A stretch of DNA of 64,000 bases from Pristiophorus japonicus (Eukaryota), in NCBI RefSeq assembly GCF_044704955.1, contig NC_091984.1, positions 145,762,001-145,826,000 of the forward strand, given 5' to 3'. The position numbers were made by a program, and so were the translations under genes. Below are positions 1 through 12,314 of the stretch, piece by piece (position 1 is the first letter of the stretch; each line of letters opens with the position of its first letter). A model generated the notes under the pieces. It searched no databases and was not told where the DNA came from. It was given only the letters and a program-made list of their open reading frames with translations.

Positions 1-229
1 TTAACCCTTTATTCTCCTCCTCCAGCTTTCCTACCCTTTCTCTTAACAGTTGTGTCTGCTTCTGCAGGCACATGAGCCAAACCGCCTTCTCTTTTGACCC
101 TTTGTGGTTACTACTGACTGTCCACTCTGCCGCTTTTTCCTGCGGATCCCCAGAGTGCAGCATTTCCCGTGCCCATGGCTCTGAAATGTCCAATTTGTTG
201 CCTATATATCCAGCTACCTTAGCCTCCAT
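1..229 (-). CDS. gag: gag N-terminus of element A (open to the window edge)
   Basis: MEAKVAGYIGNKLDISEPWAREMLHSGDPQEKAAEWTVSSNHKGSKEKAVWLMCLQKQTQLLRERVGKLEEENK aligns without gaps, 37/74 identical, to ORF 13471 (MEDRIFSDMFNKINMSQPW...KEKVIWLLCLQKQ). It is absent from the ORF track because it has no stop in the window. Confidence 0.8.
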   Translation of the reverse strand, partial: MEAKVAGYIGNKLDISEPWAREMLHSGDPQEKAAEWTVSSNHKGSKEKAVWLMCLQKQTQLLRERVGKLEEENKGL

Positions 230-1067
230 GGACTACCTACGACTGCTCTAGCCACGGGCTCTACCGCGTTTTGCTGCGGTGAGTCCATTTCCAGTGCCTC
301 TGGCTGAGAAATTCTCCCTGACTACCTTGGTGTCCCCTGAGACCACCTCGCAGTGACCTGCGGTTCCTGTTACTCTGGCTTCTCTCTGTGGCTACCCTAG
401 TCGACCCGAGACTACTCCGGCCTGTCAGAGACTTTCTCTCCTGGTCCTCTAGTCGCCCTTGAGATCACCCTTGGCCTCCCTGAGACTATCAGCGACTACT
501 ATTGGCTTTTCTCTGTGACCACCCCAGTCAACCGAGATTACTCCAGACTATCCGAGACTGTTTCTCTCCTCAGGCTGCCCTGGCCGCCTGTGAGATTATC
601 CCTGGCCTCCCTGACACCCCTGCGCAGACTACCTGCGATTACTTCTCCCAGTGGCTGCCCTAGTCAGCTGGAGCTCTTCGGCTACCCTGGTCCCCCTTGA
701 GATTCCCTTGGTCTCCCTGAGACCCCTTCGCAGACTACCTGCGGCTTTCTCGGTGGCTACTTTAGTCAACCCGGGATTACTCCAGCCTAGCCAAGACTGT
801 TCCTTCCTCTGCTGGCTGCCCTAGCTGTCCTTGAGAGTACAATGGTCTCCCTCAGACCACTGAGCAACTACCTGAGACTTCTTTTCTCAGTGGCTACCCT
901 AATCGACGGAGACGACTCAAGCCTATCAGACCCTGTTACTCTTCTGGTCACCCTAGCTGCCCTTGAGAAGATCCTTTTCGACTACCTTATCCGACCTTAG
1001 ACATATCCAAGCCTCCCTTAGGGTTTTTGCCCTGGTATGTGTCCGTGATACTATTCCCAAAGCCGAG

Positions 1068-1085
1068 GTCCTGCCGCGGTCACCA
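1068..1085 (-). promoter_or_regulatory. Primer-binding site, tRNA-Arg(TCG)-type, 17/18
   Basis: TGGTGACCGCGGCAGGAC, 5 nt after an LTR-like TACA end. Confidence 0.8.
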
Positions 1086-2409
1086 ATTTCTGTAGGTAGT
1101 TTGTTTTTCACTCTACTCTGATTCTTAGACCTGGGAACTTGTAGTGGGAAAGGACAACATGTGGCACAATATTTAGGCTTCACCCAGTGTCAGTTTTTTG
1201 TGCACAAAACCGTCAAAAACTACAGGACTAGACTTCTGAGAGAAATCAACTGAAACCATACAATTGCCCTTCCTGGCTGTAGCTATTGTAGGTTTGTGGT
1301 CATTGGTTCCGTGACCGGTTGGTTCTTCTTCTGGCCATTCTCTGCAGTGCTGTTCCTTCTGTGTACGTTCCGTACAACATGTCTTTCCGTCCGTTTGTTT
1401 GTTTGTTCTTTCGACCTGTGTCCATCTGTACATGTGTCCTTCTACTTCTCCTGTGTGCTTCTTCTTCCGTCTGTTCCTGTCCTTGTTCCATCTCCTGCTG
1501 AGCTGCTTCTAGCTCACATATTTATATCCAGGTTATGACAGATCTCCCACCACTGCGCTTTCTGATAAAGTGTTTGCATCAATACATTGTTTTGTGGTCC
1601 CCTTGGTTGATTGATTACAATAATGAACTCGTCTGTTTTCCCATTTGCACACTGAGTCTGCAAGGCTCAAGTTGATTTCTCATCTTAACACCTCATCCTA
1701 AAAAATGTGCAACTGTTGTGGTTCCTTTGTTGTCAGGTCCTTTTACAGACCTGGGGCTAGAACCTCCTCTTTTATTGCCTGTTTAATGCCCACTTAACAC
1801 CCATTTTACCACTGAAATGACATATAACGCCCAGATATCACCCATTTTGGCACAAAATGGAAACTGACGGGCTTTTTTAGGAGACTTGTTGCCGAGCGTT
1901 ACTTTCCCAATGGGCTTAACGCAGAGAATAAATATTATCGCCCACCTACTTTTTTGGGGCGGAATCAGCAGAATGGGCAAATTCAGCGCCCATATTATCA
2001 CCCAGCGTTACTTTCCTCGTGGAATTAATGCCGAGATTCAATATTAATAAGCCGACTATTTTTTGTCGTTAAGAGCATATTTACCCAAAGTAACGGCCAT
2101 GGAGATCACCCACCGTCAATTTCACCACTTCGTACACATATCGCCCACAATATCGCTCGCTCAAAAAACCGCCCACAAAAAGTGGAACTAACCAGAACGA
2201 ATCACAGCGTTATGGACGCCGTGATGTAGATCACATGTCGCGTCCTTTCACCTCGGCGGAGTTCGGATGTACTCTGCAGGTCGTTGGAGTTGATGTGAAC
2301 ATCTCTGAAAACATCTTGACCACACTGTGACCGATTGGAATTGAAGAGGTGTGCTCGTCGGGACATTCTTTGCTTGTGTGCAATCGGTGACAGACACAGA
2401 GCTACTGCA

Positions 2410-3618
2410 ATGGGGCCTGTCCTTTCTCATCCTCTCTTGGTGACCAAATATATGCAGCAGACTCAACATCGCTGAAGGAACGCTACATTGCATTATGTGC
2501 CCAATGTACGAAATAGCAGACAGATGAAGAGGACCAGACGTTACACCCCCCGCAAGTACAAGGAGAAGCATTCTTACCTCGACTTGCCCGACACCACCTG
2601 CCTTCAGAGACTGCGCTTCCACAAAGAGGTTATCACTGAGGTATGCCAGCTGATAAGGGCAGGCCTGCAACCTGGCAGCACCATCAGAACTGCACTGTCC
2701 GTCGAGGTCAAAGTCACCATGCCACTATCGTTCTATGCCTCGGGTTCTTTTCAGGCCACAGCTGGTGACATTTGCAGACTTTCTCAGCATGCCACACATT
2801 GCTGCATTAGACAGGTCAATGAAGCCCTGTACGCACACAGGAGGGACTTGATCAGCTTCCCTATGACCAGGGAGGCACAGAGTGAGAGGGTTCGAGGTTT
2901 CTCCAGAATTGCAAACTTCCCCAAGATGCAGGGAGCGATAGACTACGCACATCGCGATGTGAGCAACTTTTCAGGATGCTGAGGTTTTCAGGATTCCACA
3001 AGGGATTCCACTCCCAGAATGTCCAGCTGGATGTCGACCACCAGCAAATTATACTGGCAGTGAATGCTCAATTTCCGAGCAGCATCCATGATGCGCACAT
3101 CCTGCGTGAGAGCACTGTATCTGACTTGTTTAACAATGAGACACAAGGTCAATGCTGGACGCTTAGGGACAAAGGATATGGCCATGCCACCTTGCTGCTG
3201 ATTCCCCTGCGTGACACCCATACCGAGGCCGAGAGGCGCTACAATGAGAGCCACAGAGCAACTCGCAATATCGTGGAGAAAACGTTGGATTGCTGAAGCA
3301 GCGCTTTAGACACCTGGACCACTCATGAGGCGAGCTCCAATACCACCCTGAGCAGGTAGCTCAATTCGTGGTGATGTGCTCCATGCTACACAACTTGGCT
3401 ATCAGGCGGGGACAAGAATTGCCTGATGAGCCTGACAGTCCATCTCACCAGAGAGAGGAAGAGGAGAATGAGGAGGTGGATGCAGACATCGGGTCAGACA
3501 ATCAGGCTGACGCTGAAGACATGCCCCGCCCTTCTGTAGACTGCATGAAAGGGCCCATGGTGGCATGATAGCTGCAAGAGCCTTACGTCAGGAGCTCATC
3601 AATGATCGCTTTGCCTGA
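2410..3618 (+). pseudogene. Harbinger (HARBI1-like) DDE transposase, frameshifted and with stops
   Basis: Motifs FYASGSFQ, FPKMQGAID, KGFHSQNVQL, HDAHIL, DKGY, YNESHRATRNIVE and CSMLHN are split across ORFs 2488, 2976 and 3368. Confidence 0.9.
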
Positions 3619-3893
3619 AAGAACGTTGGTGTTATTTCCACGGCTGACACACTGCTGGGTGTGCAGGTCATAAATCAATTGTGGGCATCACCTTGCTGAC
3701 CATTAAAGTTTACTTTGCTTGAAGTTAAGTGTGATTATATCCTTTGATGTTAACGAATCACAGCTATCTGAGCAAATGTGCTGCAAGGTTTTGTTAAATA
3801 AAAAACATTTAAACCGAACATTAGTCTGAAATCATCAGTAATTCTGTATAAACCAACCCTTCCCCTGAGCCACCCCGCTTCTCCTCCCCAACT

Positions 3894-4194
3894 CTACCCC
3901 TTCCCCTTCCCCTCCTGACTCCAAGCTGCCTGGCCACCGAGATTCTCAGGCGATGCTTCATTGGGAGGTGGGTGGTGACGGCCGAGGCACTGCTTGGACG
4001 GAAACGCGAGAGGACGGTCCCGAGGTGGGAACGTGCTCCAAGCCAGAAGCGAGATGTTGCTCCTGGCTCTCATGTGTGGTTGGCAATGGGGTTGCGTCAC
4101 CTTGAGGTGCAGTGCGGCGCTCCGGGACCACTGGGAGCCCTCTGCCACCAGTGTTCCTGGCTACCAGCTCCAGGGCCTCCCCCATCCCTTCCAT
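3894..4194 (-). pseudogene. Probable 3' remnant of the Harbinger Myb/SANT partner gene
   Basis: Low-complexity P/S-rich frames convergent with the transposase and inside the TIRs; no Myb domain visible. Confidence 0.4.
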
Positions 4195-5184
4195 GTTATA
4201 TGTTATTTGTGGGACAAAAACTCGATGCTAACTATGTTCTTGGTGCTTAGTGCGCTTTTTGCTGCTGGTGAATCTCCCACGTGCCTCCCACAACAGCCAA
4301 ACAAACACACACCACAGCCACACACGCTTTCAGTGCCTCTGAGCTCCCTCTCTCTCCGTCTCCTCTTCTGCGTTTGTCATGGTGACCCTTGACGTCCAGA
4401 ATCGCGGGAATGGACCATTGCCATGCTGTTGCTCAGGATGGCCAAACTTTATAACAGAAGGTCAGAAAATTTAACACTACCGCCCATTTGATATCGTTCG
4501 CGGTAACGCACATTTTCAAAGATATAATCTAAGTGTTTTGAGAATGGGCGAGAAGCCGACGATCTGAAAACCCTTTTTTACCGCCCACACTGGAAATCAC
4601 GCCCATTTTTGGGCGCTAAGCTCAAAAGTGGAGGTTCTTGCGCTTGGTGTCTCCAGTGAGCTTGTGTTCCCACCCTGGTCAATCAAGTTCAGGGCCTCAC
4701 GTAACAACTCCATTCTTGTTATGCATGAAGTCAGTTTTGGTCCCTGACCACAGCATGTCCTTAATTGTCCAGCTTCATTCCAAAAGCTGGTATTAAGCAA
4801 TTTTTAGTTCATGGTCTCCTTCTGTGCTTTTCTGAAGATTGGTAATCTTACACACAACACCTCACCTCTCCCACCCCCAAAACCACCCCTCTCCCAACCC
4901 AACACCACCCCCAACTCCCAACCCCAACACAACCCCTCTCCACCCCCCAACACCCACCTTAAACTGACACACACAGCAGGCAGGACTTATATGGGCACAC
5001 GACCCTCCGCGGGACACATCACCACTGAGGGCTCATGTCCCCTGGCCTCACAATGGAAACCATGGCAACACAGAAGCCACAGGGGTGGACCAATCACAGC
5101 AAAGTGCTACAGACTGTGCATTTGTGCCTGAGAGAGTAACGAGGAGACAGCTTCAATCTATTTAACCCTTCGATCCCTGGCTGC

Positions 5185-5790
5185 CGTCTGAAAACTACGC
5201 CCGAGTTGGCAGAGGCAGTGACTACATTATTCCCGCTGTTATTCTGCGCCCTGCTCATTCATCTCAACCCCTGTGTTAATGTTTCTCTGCTCAATGGTAC
5301 TGCTCCCCACGGCACATCCAACCAGAGAGATTTCTCAGCTGGGTGTGAAACATGGAGAAGCAGAGATGGGCATGGACTGTGTGGGGGCACTAAAGGACCC
5401 ACTGGCTCCGACCAATAATAAAACAGTAGGTAAGGACACGGGGAAAAGGGGGGATGGGACCAGATGATGGACCTGGGCAAGTCCGACAAGGAGGCTGTCC
5501 TGCCGGCCAGAGCAATGGTGAAATACGCTTGCCTCAGCCTGCCTGGCATTGTGGAAGGGCAGTCAGCTCCGATCCTTACCGTCCCAGACGGTCAGCCAAT
5601 CACCGTGGCTTCCTCCTTCGGAGAGCTGTTCAAATCTCCACGGGTTTCACAGCTGCAGCTCACAGACACGCTGGTGAGCAGATTGTTGGGGTGTTTGCTC
5701 TACACTTGTCCAGTTGCTGTGTGTCACGGGCCTGGGCAACATTACAATTGGAGCCCATTACTGGTCTCATAAAGTGACGGGCACATTGAT
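5185..5790 (+). pseudogene. Intronless MROH1-like (maestro HEAT-repeat) pseudogene, part 1
   Basis: The collinear peptides AVTTLFPLLFCALLI, GGWDQM, ARAMVKYA, QPITVASSFGEL, LTDTLVSRLL and LCVTGLGNI resemble recalled MROH1 segments (AVLELYPQLFVVLLL, GGWELL, ARAMAEHA, QRVTTTAFLAEL, LVLRGLANL). Several frameshifts. Confidence 0.6.
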
Positions 5791-6483
5791 TAGTCTGAGC
5801 TTTCGACCACACATCCGCAGCATAACTAAGACCGTCTATTTCCATCTCCGTAACTTCGCCCGTCTCCATCCCTGCCTCAGCTCATCCGCTGCTGAAACCT
5901 TCATCCATGCTTTGTTATCTCTAGACTCGACTATTCCAACGAACTCCTGGCTGGCCTCCTACATTCTACCCTACGTAACCTAGAGGTGATCCTAAACTCG
6001 GCTGCCCGTGTCCTAACTCGCACCAAGTCCTGCTCACCCATCACCCCTTTGCTCACTGACCTACATTGGCTCCCGGTTAAGTAATGCTTTGATTTCAAAT
6101 TTCACATCCTTATTTTCGAATCGCTCCATGGCCTTGTTCCTCCCTATCTCTCTAATCTCCTCCAGTCCATAACGCCACTAGACATCCGCGTTCCTCTAAT
6201 TCTGCCCTCCTGAGCATCCCTGATTATAATCACTCCACCATTGGTGGCTGAGCCTTCTGTTGTCGAGACCCCCAAGCTCCTAAACTCCCTCCCTAAACCT
6301 CTCCGCCTCTCTACCTCTCTTTCCTCCTTCAAGATGCTCCTTAAACTCTATCTCTTTGACCAGTGCTAATTTCTACTTATGTGGCCCGGTTTCAAATTTA
6401 TATCGCATAATGCTCCTGTGAAGTGCCTTGGGACGCTTCACTACGTTAAAGGCGCTATATAAATACAAGTTGTTGTTGTTGTG
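5791..6483 (+). mobile_element. L2-clade LINE 3' end
   Basis: LSFRPHIRSITKTVYFHLRNFARLHPCLS...SRLDYSN, ending in a ggcgctatataaatacaag(ttg)n tail. Confidence 0.85.
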
Positions 6484-6810
6484 GGGGAACAATGAGAACC
6501 AGAAGGAGGTGCTGTCGAGTCTCTCCAAGAACATAATCCAGTTGAGAGCAGACACCATCCAACTGTTTGTAGACAAAACCCACGCAAGGATTCAACCGCT
6601 CTGCGATGCCGTGTGATAAAGTGCGGGCTGAAGCGCTCAGTGTGCTGGGGAACTTGGCCATGGGGGAAATCGGAGGGTCCAGGTGTTGCTGCACCTGGAT
6701 GGAAACAGTGTTGAACAACAGGTCCTGTTGTTCAACACTGCGCTCGGTATTCCCACGTATTGGATCTGCTCAGTCTTCCTCAGTCACTGAGAATGATCCA
6801 GGGGAATCCA
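6484..6810 (+). pseudogene. MROH1-like pseudogene, part 2 (after the L2 insertion)
   Basis: EVLSSLSK...ARIQPLCD...DKVRAEALSVLGNLA resembles the next MROH1 HEAT repeat (EAMLGLAR...IRIRPFFDSEKMEFRTASIRLFGHL). Confidence 0.5.
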
Positions 6811-6812
6811 AC

Positions 6813-7204
6813 AGGAACATACCATTATTGTTGCCGGGGTGGGGAGAGAGGAGATGAATATACCATTATTGTACCGGAGTGCGGGGGTGGAGAGGAGAGG
6901 GAGAGGTGAGGAACATACCAATATTGTCCCTGGGGGTGTGTGGGGGGAGGAACCTACCATTAGTGTCCCCGGCGGGGGAGAAGAGAGTGAGAGGTGAGGA
7001 ACATACCACTATTGTCCGGGGGGTGGGGGGGAGAGGAGAGGAACATGCCATTATTGTACCCAGGGGTGGAGAGGAGAGGGTGAGGTGAGGAACATACCAT
7101 TATTGTCCCCGGCAGGGGAGTTGGCGGGGGGGGGTGCAGGGGCAAGGAGAGGGCGGCGTGAGGAACTTGCCATTATATTCCCCAGGGGGGTAGATGTGTG
7201 GAAC
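6813..7204 (+). repeat. G-rich minisatellite (core gaggtgaggaacataccattattgtccc), left part
   Basis: Direct tandem units of about 40-50 bp; continues at 11730 after the CR1 insertion. Confidence 0.9.
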
Positions 7205-10200
7205 GTCGGCGAGAGGCGACAGTCCGGGGTCAGCGCGAGGCCTATAAAGGCCGCGAGATCAGGAGTCGGGCAGCGTCGGAGAGAGGTGACAGTCCGGGGT
7301 CAGCGCGAGGCCTATATAGGCCGCAAGATCAGGAGTTGGGCAACGTCGGAGAGAGGTGACAGTCCGGGGTCAGCGAGAGGCCTATATAGGCCGCAAGATC
7401 AGGAGTTGGGCAACGTCGGAGAGAGGTGACACTCCGGGGTCAGCGAGAGGCCTATAAAGGCCGCGAGATCAGGAGTCGGGCAGCATCGGAGAGAGGTGAC
7501 AGTCCGGGGTCAGCGCGAGGCCTATAAGGCCCGGCTTGTACAGCTACAGGGAGAAGGCAAAAAAGAAGTAGAAAGAAATAGAAAGGTGATGTCACAGCCA
7601 AGGGGGTAAGTGATTGGCTGGTGATTGGTGAGTAGTTTTTCTTTTTTCTCTTCGATATCAGTGAGTAACTTTTAGCAGTGTTGTTGGCAATTTAAGTTCA
7701 TCTAAGGGTTAAGTCATGGCAGGAGAGCTCGGACACGTGTTATGCTCCTCCTGTACTGTGTGGGAAATCAGGGACGCCTTCAGTGTCCCTGACGACTACG
7801 TATGCGGGAAGTGTATCCGCCTCCAGCTCCTGACAGACCGCGCTGCGGAATTGGAGCTGAAGGTGGATTCACTCTGGAGCATCCACGATGCTGAGAATGA
7901 CGTGAATAGCACGTTTAGTGAGTTAGTCTTACTGCAGGTAAAGGGTCCACAGCCAGATACAGAATGGAAGACCAACAGGAAGAGCAGTGCAAGGAAGGTA
8001 GTGTAGGGATCCCCTGTGGTCATCCCCCTGCAAAACAGATACACCACTTTGAGTACTGTTGAGGGGGATGACTCATCAGGGGGGAACAGCAGCAGCCAAG
8101 TTCATGGCACCATGGCTGGCTCTGCTGCACAGGAAATAGACTGGGAGAGTGATAATGATAGGGGATTCAATTGTAAGGAGAATAGATAGGCGTTTCTGCG
8201 ACCGCAACCGAGACTCCAGGATGGTATGTTGCCTCCCTGGTGCAAGGGTCAAGGATGTCTCGGAGCGGGTGCAGGAAATTCTGAAAAGGGAGAGTGAACA
8301 GCCAGTTGTCATAGTGCACATTGGTACCAAAGATATCAGTAAAAAACGGGATGAGGTCCTACGAGACGAATTTAAGAAGCTAGGAGCTAAATTAAAAAAT
8401 AGGACCTCAAAAGTAGTAATCTCGGGATGCCTACCAGTGCTCGTGCTAGTCAGAGTAGGAATTGCAGGATAGCTCAGAAGAATACGTGGCTTGAGCAGTG
8501 GTGCAGCAGGGAGGGATTCAAATTCTTGGGGCATTGGAACCGGTTCTGGGGGAGGTGGGACCAGTACAAACCGGACGGTCTGCACCTAGGCAGGACTGGA
8601 ACCAATGTCCGAGGAGGAGTGTTTGCTAGTGCTGTTGGAGAGGAGTTAATCTAATATGGCAGGGGGATGGGAACCAATGCAGGGAGACAGAGGGAAACAA
8701 AATGGAGACAGAAGCAAAAGACAGAAAGGAGATGAGTAAAAGTGGAGGGCAGAGAAACCCAAGGCAAAAAACAAAAAGGGCCACTTTGCAGCAAAATTCT
8801 AAAGGGTCTAAGTGTGTTAAAAAGGCAAACCTGAAGGCTCTGTGCCTCAATGTGAGGAGTATTCGGAATAAGGTGGATGAATTAACTGTGCAGATAGCAG
8901 TTAACGGATATGATGTGGTTGGCATCACAGAGACATGGCTCCAGGGTGACCAAGGCTGGGAACTCAACATCCAAGGGTAATCAACATTTCGGAACGATAG
9001 ACAGAAAGGAAAAGCAGGCGGGGTGGCGTTGCTGGTTAAAGAGGAAATTAATGCAATTGTAAGGAAAGACATTAGCTTGGATGATGTGGAATCGGTATGG
9101 GAGGAGCTACGGAACACCAAGGGGCAGAAAACGCTAATGGGAGTTGTGTACAGACCTCCAAACAGTAGTAGTGATGTTGGGGAGGGCATCAAACAGTAAA
9201 TTAGGGGTGCATGCAATAAAGGTGCTGCAGTTATCATGGGTGACTTTAATATGCATATAGATTGGGCCAACCAAACTGGAAGCAATACGGTGGAGGAGGA
9301 TTTCCTGGAGTGCATAAGGGATGGTTTTCTAGACCAATATGTCGAGGAACCAACTAGGAGGGAGGCCATCTTAGACTGGGTGTTGTGCAATGAGAGAGGA
9401 TTAATTAGCAATCTCGTTGTGCGAGGCCCCTTGGGGAAGAGTGACCATAATATGGTGGAATTCTACATTAGGATGGAGAATGAAACAGTTAATTCAGAGA
9501 CCATGGACCAGGACTTATAGAACGGTTACTTTGAAGGTATGAGGCATGAATTGGCTAGGATAGATTGGTGAATGATACTTAATGGGTTGACAGTGGAGGG
9601 GCAATGGCAGACATTTAGAGACCGCATGGATGAACTTCAACAATTGTACATCCCTGTCTGGCGTAAAAATAAAAAAGGGAAGGTGGCTCAACCGTGGCTA
9701 TCAAGGGAAATTAGGGATAGTATTAAAGCCAAGGAAGTGGCATACAAATTGGCCAGAAATAGCAGCGAACCCGGGGACTGGGAGAAATTTAGAACTCAGC
9801 AAAGGAGGACAAAGGTTTTGATTAGGGCAGAGAAAAGAGAGTAGGAGAGAAAGCTTGCAGGGAACATTAAATTGGACTGCAAAAGCTTCTATACATATGT
9901 AAAGAGAAAAAGGTTAGTAAAGGCAAATGTCGGTCCCCTGCAGTCAGAATCAGGGGAAGTCATATCTGGGAACAAAGAAATGGCAGACCAATTGAACAAG
10001 TATTTTGGTTCGGTATTCACTGAGGACACAAACAATCTTCCGGATATAAAAGGGGTCAGCGGGTCGAGTAAGAAGGAGGAACTGAGGGAAATCCTTATTA
10101 GTCGGGAAATTGTGTTGGGGAAATTGATGGGATTGAAGGCCGATAAATCCCCAGGGCCTGATGGTCTGCATCCCAGAGTACTTAAGGAGGTGGCCTTGGA

Positions 10201-11730
10201 AATAGCGGATGCATTGACAGTCATTTTCCAACATTCCATAGACTCTGGATCAGTTCCTATGGAGTGGAGGGTAGTTAATGTAACCCCACTTTTTAAAAAA
10301 GGAGGGAGAGAGAAAACAGTGAATTATAGACCGGTCAGCCTGACATCGGTAGTGGGTAAAATGATGGAATCAATTCTAAAGGATGTCATAGCAGCGCATT
10401 TGGAAAGAGGCGACATGATAGGTCCAAGTCAGCATGGATTTGTGAAAGGGAAATCATGCTTGACAAATCTGGAATTTTTTGAGGATGTTTCCAGTAGAGT
10501 GGACAAGGGAGAACCAGTTGATGGGGTGTATTTGGACTTTCAGAAGGCTTTCGACAAGGTCCCACACAAGAGATTAGTGTGCAAAGTTAAAGCACATGGG
10601 ATTGGGGGTAGTGTGCTGACATGGATTGAGAACTGGTTGTCAGACAGGAAGCAAAGAGTAGGAGTAAATGGGTACTTTTCAGAATGGCAGGCAGTGACTA
10701 GTGGGGAACCGCAAGATTTTGTGCTGGGGTCCCAGCTGTTTACATTGTACATTCATGATTTAGACGAGGGGATTAAATATAGTATCTCCAAATTTGCAGA
10801 TGACACTAAGTTGGGTGGCAGTGTGATCTGCAAGGAGGATGCTATGAGGCTGCAGTGTGACTTGGATAGGTTAGGTGAGTGGGCAAATGCATGGTAGATG
10901 AAGTATAATGTGGATAAATGTGGGGTTATCCACTTTGGTGGTAAAAACAGAGAGACAGACTATTATCTGAATGATGACAGATTAGGAAAAGGGGAGGTGC
11001 AACGAGACCTGGGTGTCATGGTACATCAGTCATTGAAGGTTGGCATGCAGGTACAGCAGGTGGTTAAGAAAGCAAATGGCATGTTGGCCTTCATAGCGAG
11101 GGGATTTGAGTACAGGGGCAGGCAGGTGTTACTACAGTTGTAAAGGGCCTTGGTGAGGCCACACCTGGAGTATTGTGTACAGTTTTGGTCTCCTAACTTG
11201 ATGAAGGACGTTGTTGCTATTGAGGGAGTGCAGCGAAGGTTCACCAGACTGATTCCCGGGATGGCGGGACTGACATATCAAGAAAGACTGGATCAACTGG
11301 GCTTGTATTCACTGGAGTTCAGAAGAATGAGAGGGGACCTCATAGAAACGTTTAAAATTCTGACGGGTTTAGACAGGTTAGATGCAGGAAGAATGTTCCC
11401 AATGTTGGGGAAGTCCAGAACCAGGGGTCACAGTCTAAGGATAAGTGGTAAGCCATTTAGGACCGAGATGAGGAGAAACTTCTTCACCCAGAGAGTGGTG
11501 AAACTGTGGAATTCTCTGCCACAGAAAGTTGTTGAGGCCATTTCACTAAATATATTCAAAAAGGAGTTAGATATAGTCCTTACGACTAGGGGAATCAAGG
11601 GCTATGGTGAGAAAGCAGGAAGTGGGTACTGAAGTTGCATGTTCAGCCATGAACTCATTGAATGGCGGTGCAGGCTCGAAGGGCCAAATGGCCTACTCCT
11701 GCACCTATTTTCTATATTTCTATGTTTCTA
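7205..11730 (+). mobile_element. Full-length CR1 LINE, disabled: 70-bp monomer 5' UTR, ORF1 (7716-~8650) and ORF2 (~8640-11632)
   Basis: ORF1 has CxxC...CxxC, a leucine zipper and the esterase motif IGDSIVR. ORF2 has an APE domain (VGITETWL, MGDFN, SDH) and RT (SPGPDGLHP, KFADD). The 3' hairpin tail ends in (tatgtttc)n. Stops are present in both ORFs. Confidence 0.95.
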
Positions 11731-12314
11731 TACCATTATTGTCCCTGGTGCAGGATGGGGGAGAGGTGAGGAACATAACATTATTGGTCCTGGGGTGTGG
11801 GGGGATGGGGGAGAGGAGGGGGCAAGGTGAGGAACATACCATTAATGTCCACAGGGGGAGAGAGGAGGGGGATAGGTGAGTAACATACCATTTATTTCAC
11901 CGTGGCGGGTGAAGAAGAGGTGAGGAACATATCATTAATGTCCCCGGGGGCGGGGGTGGTACGGCATTGGGAGAGGGAGACCGACAGGGAGTGGTGAGGA
12001 ACATACCATTATTGTCTCCGGGGAGCGGTGCAGGGAGGGGAGAGGGATAGGTGTGGAACATACCATTATTGTCCCCAGCGGGGGAGAGGTAGAGAGAGAA
12101 GTGAGGAACATATCATTATTGTCCACAGGGGGGGAGAGGGGAGGAGAGGTGAGGAACATACCATTATTGTCCACAGGGGGGGAGAGGAAGTGGAGAGGTG
12201 AGGAACATACCATTATTGTCCACAGGGGGGCAGAAGTCGAGAGAGAAGTGAGGAACATACCATTATTGTCCCCGGGGGGGAGGGGCGGGTCGAGGAGAGG
12301 GAGAGGTGAGGAAT
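11730..12314 (+). repeat. G-rich minisatellite, right part
   Basis: Same unit as 6813-7204; one unit is split at ggaac/ataccattatt by the CR1. Confidence 0.9.

Larger units (their letters stand above)
1..1553 (-). mobile_element. 5' part of a retrovirus-like LTR element A (putative PPT 1541-1553, LTR ~1091-1540, PBS, long repetitive leader, start of gag); runs off the window
   Basis: The minus strand reads ...cctaca-gaaat-TGGTGACCGCGGCAGGAC, the same LTR end and PBS layout as element B at 13406-13434. The downstream ORF is homologous to B gag. The outer LTR boundary (TGTCA after gtggtgggagatc) is less certain. Confidence 0.75.
1754..4643 (+). mobile_element. PIF/Harbinger DNA transposon, degenerate, both TIRs present
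   Basis: Left TIR gggctagaacctcctctttt (1754) and right TIR aaaagtggaggttcttgcgc (4624-4643). The 3-bp flanks CTG and TTG fit a CWG-type TSD with one change. The transposase lies inside. Confidence 0.8.

Noticed and set aside
2410-3618. Domesticated host HARBI1 gene
   Set aside because: Intronless, multiply disabled, and enclosed by TIRs
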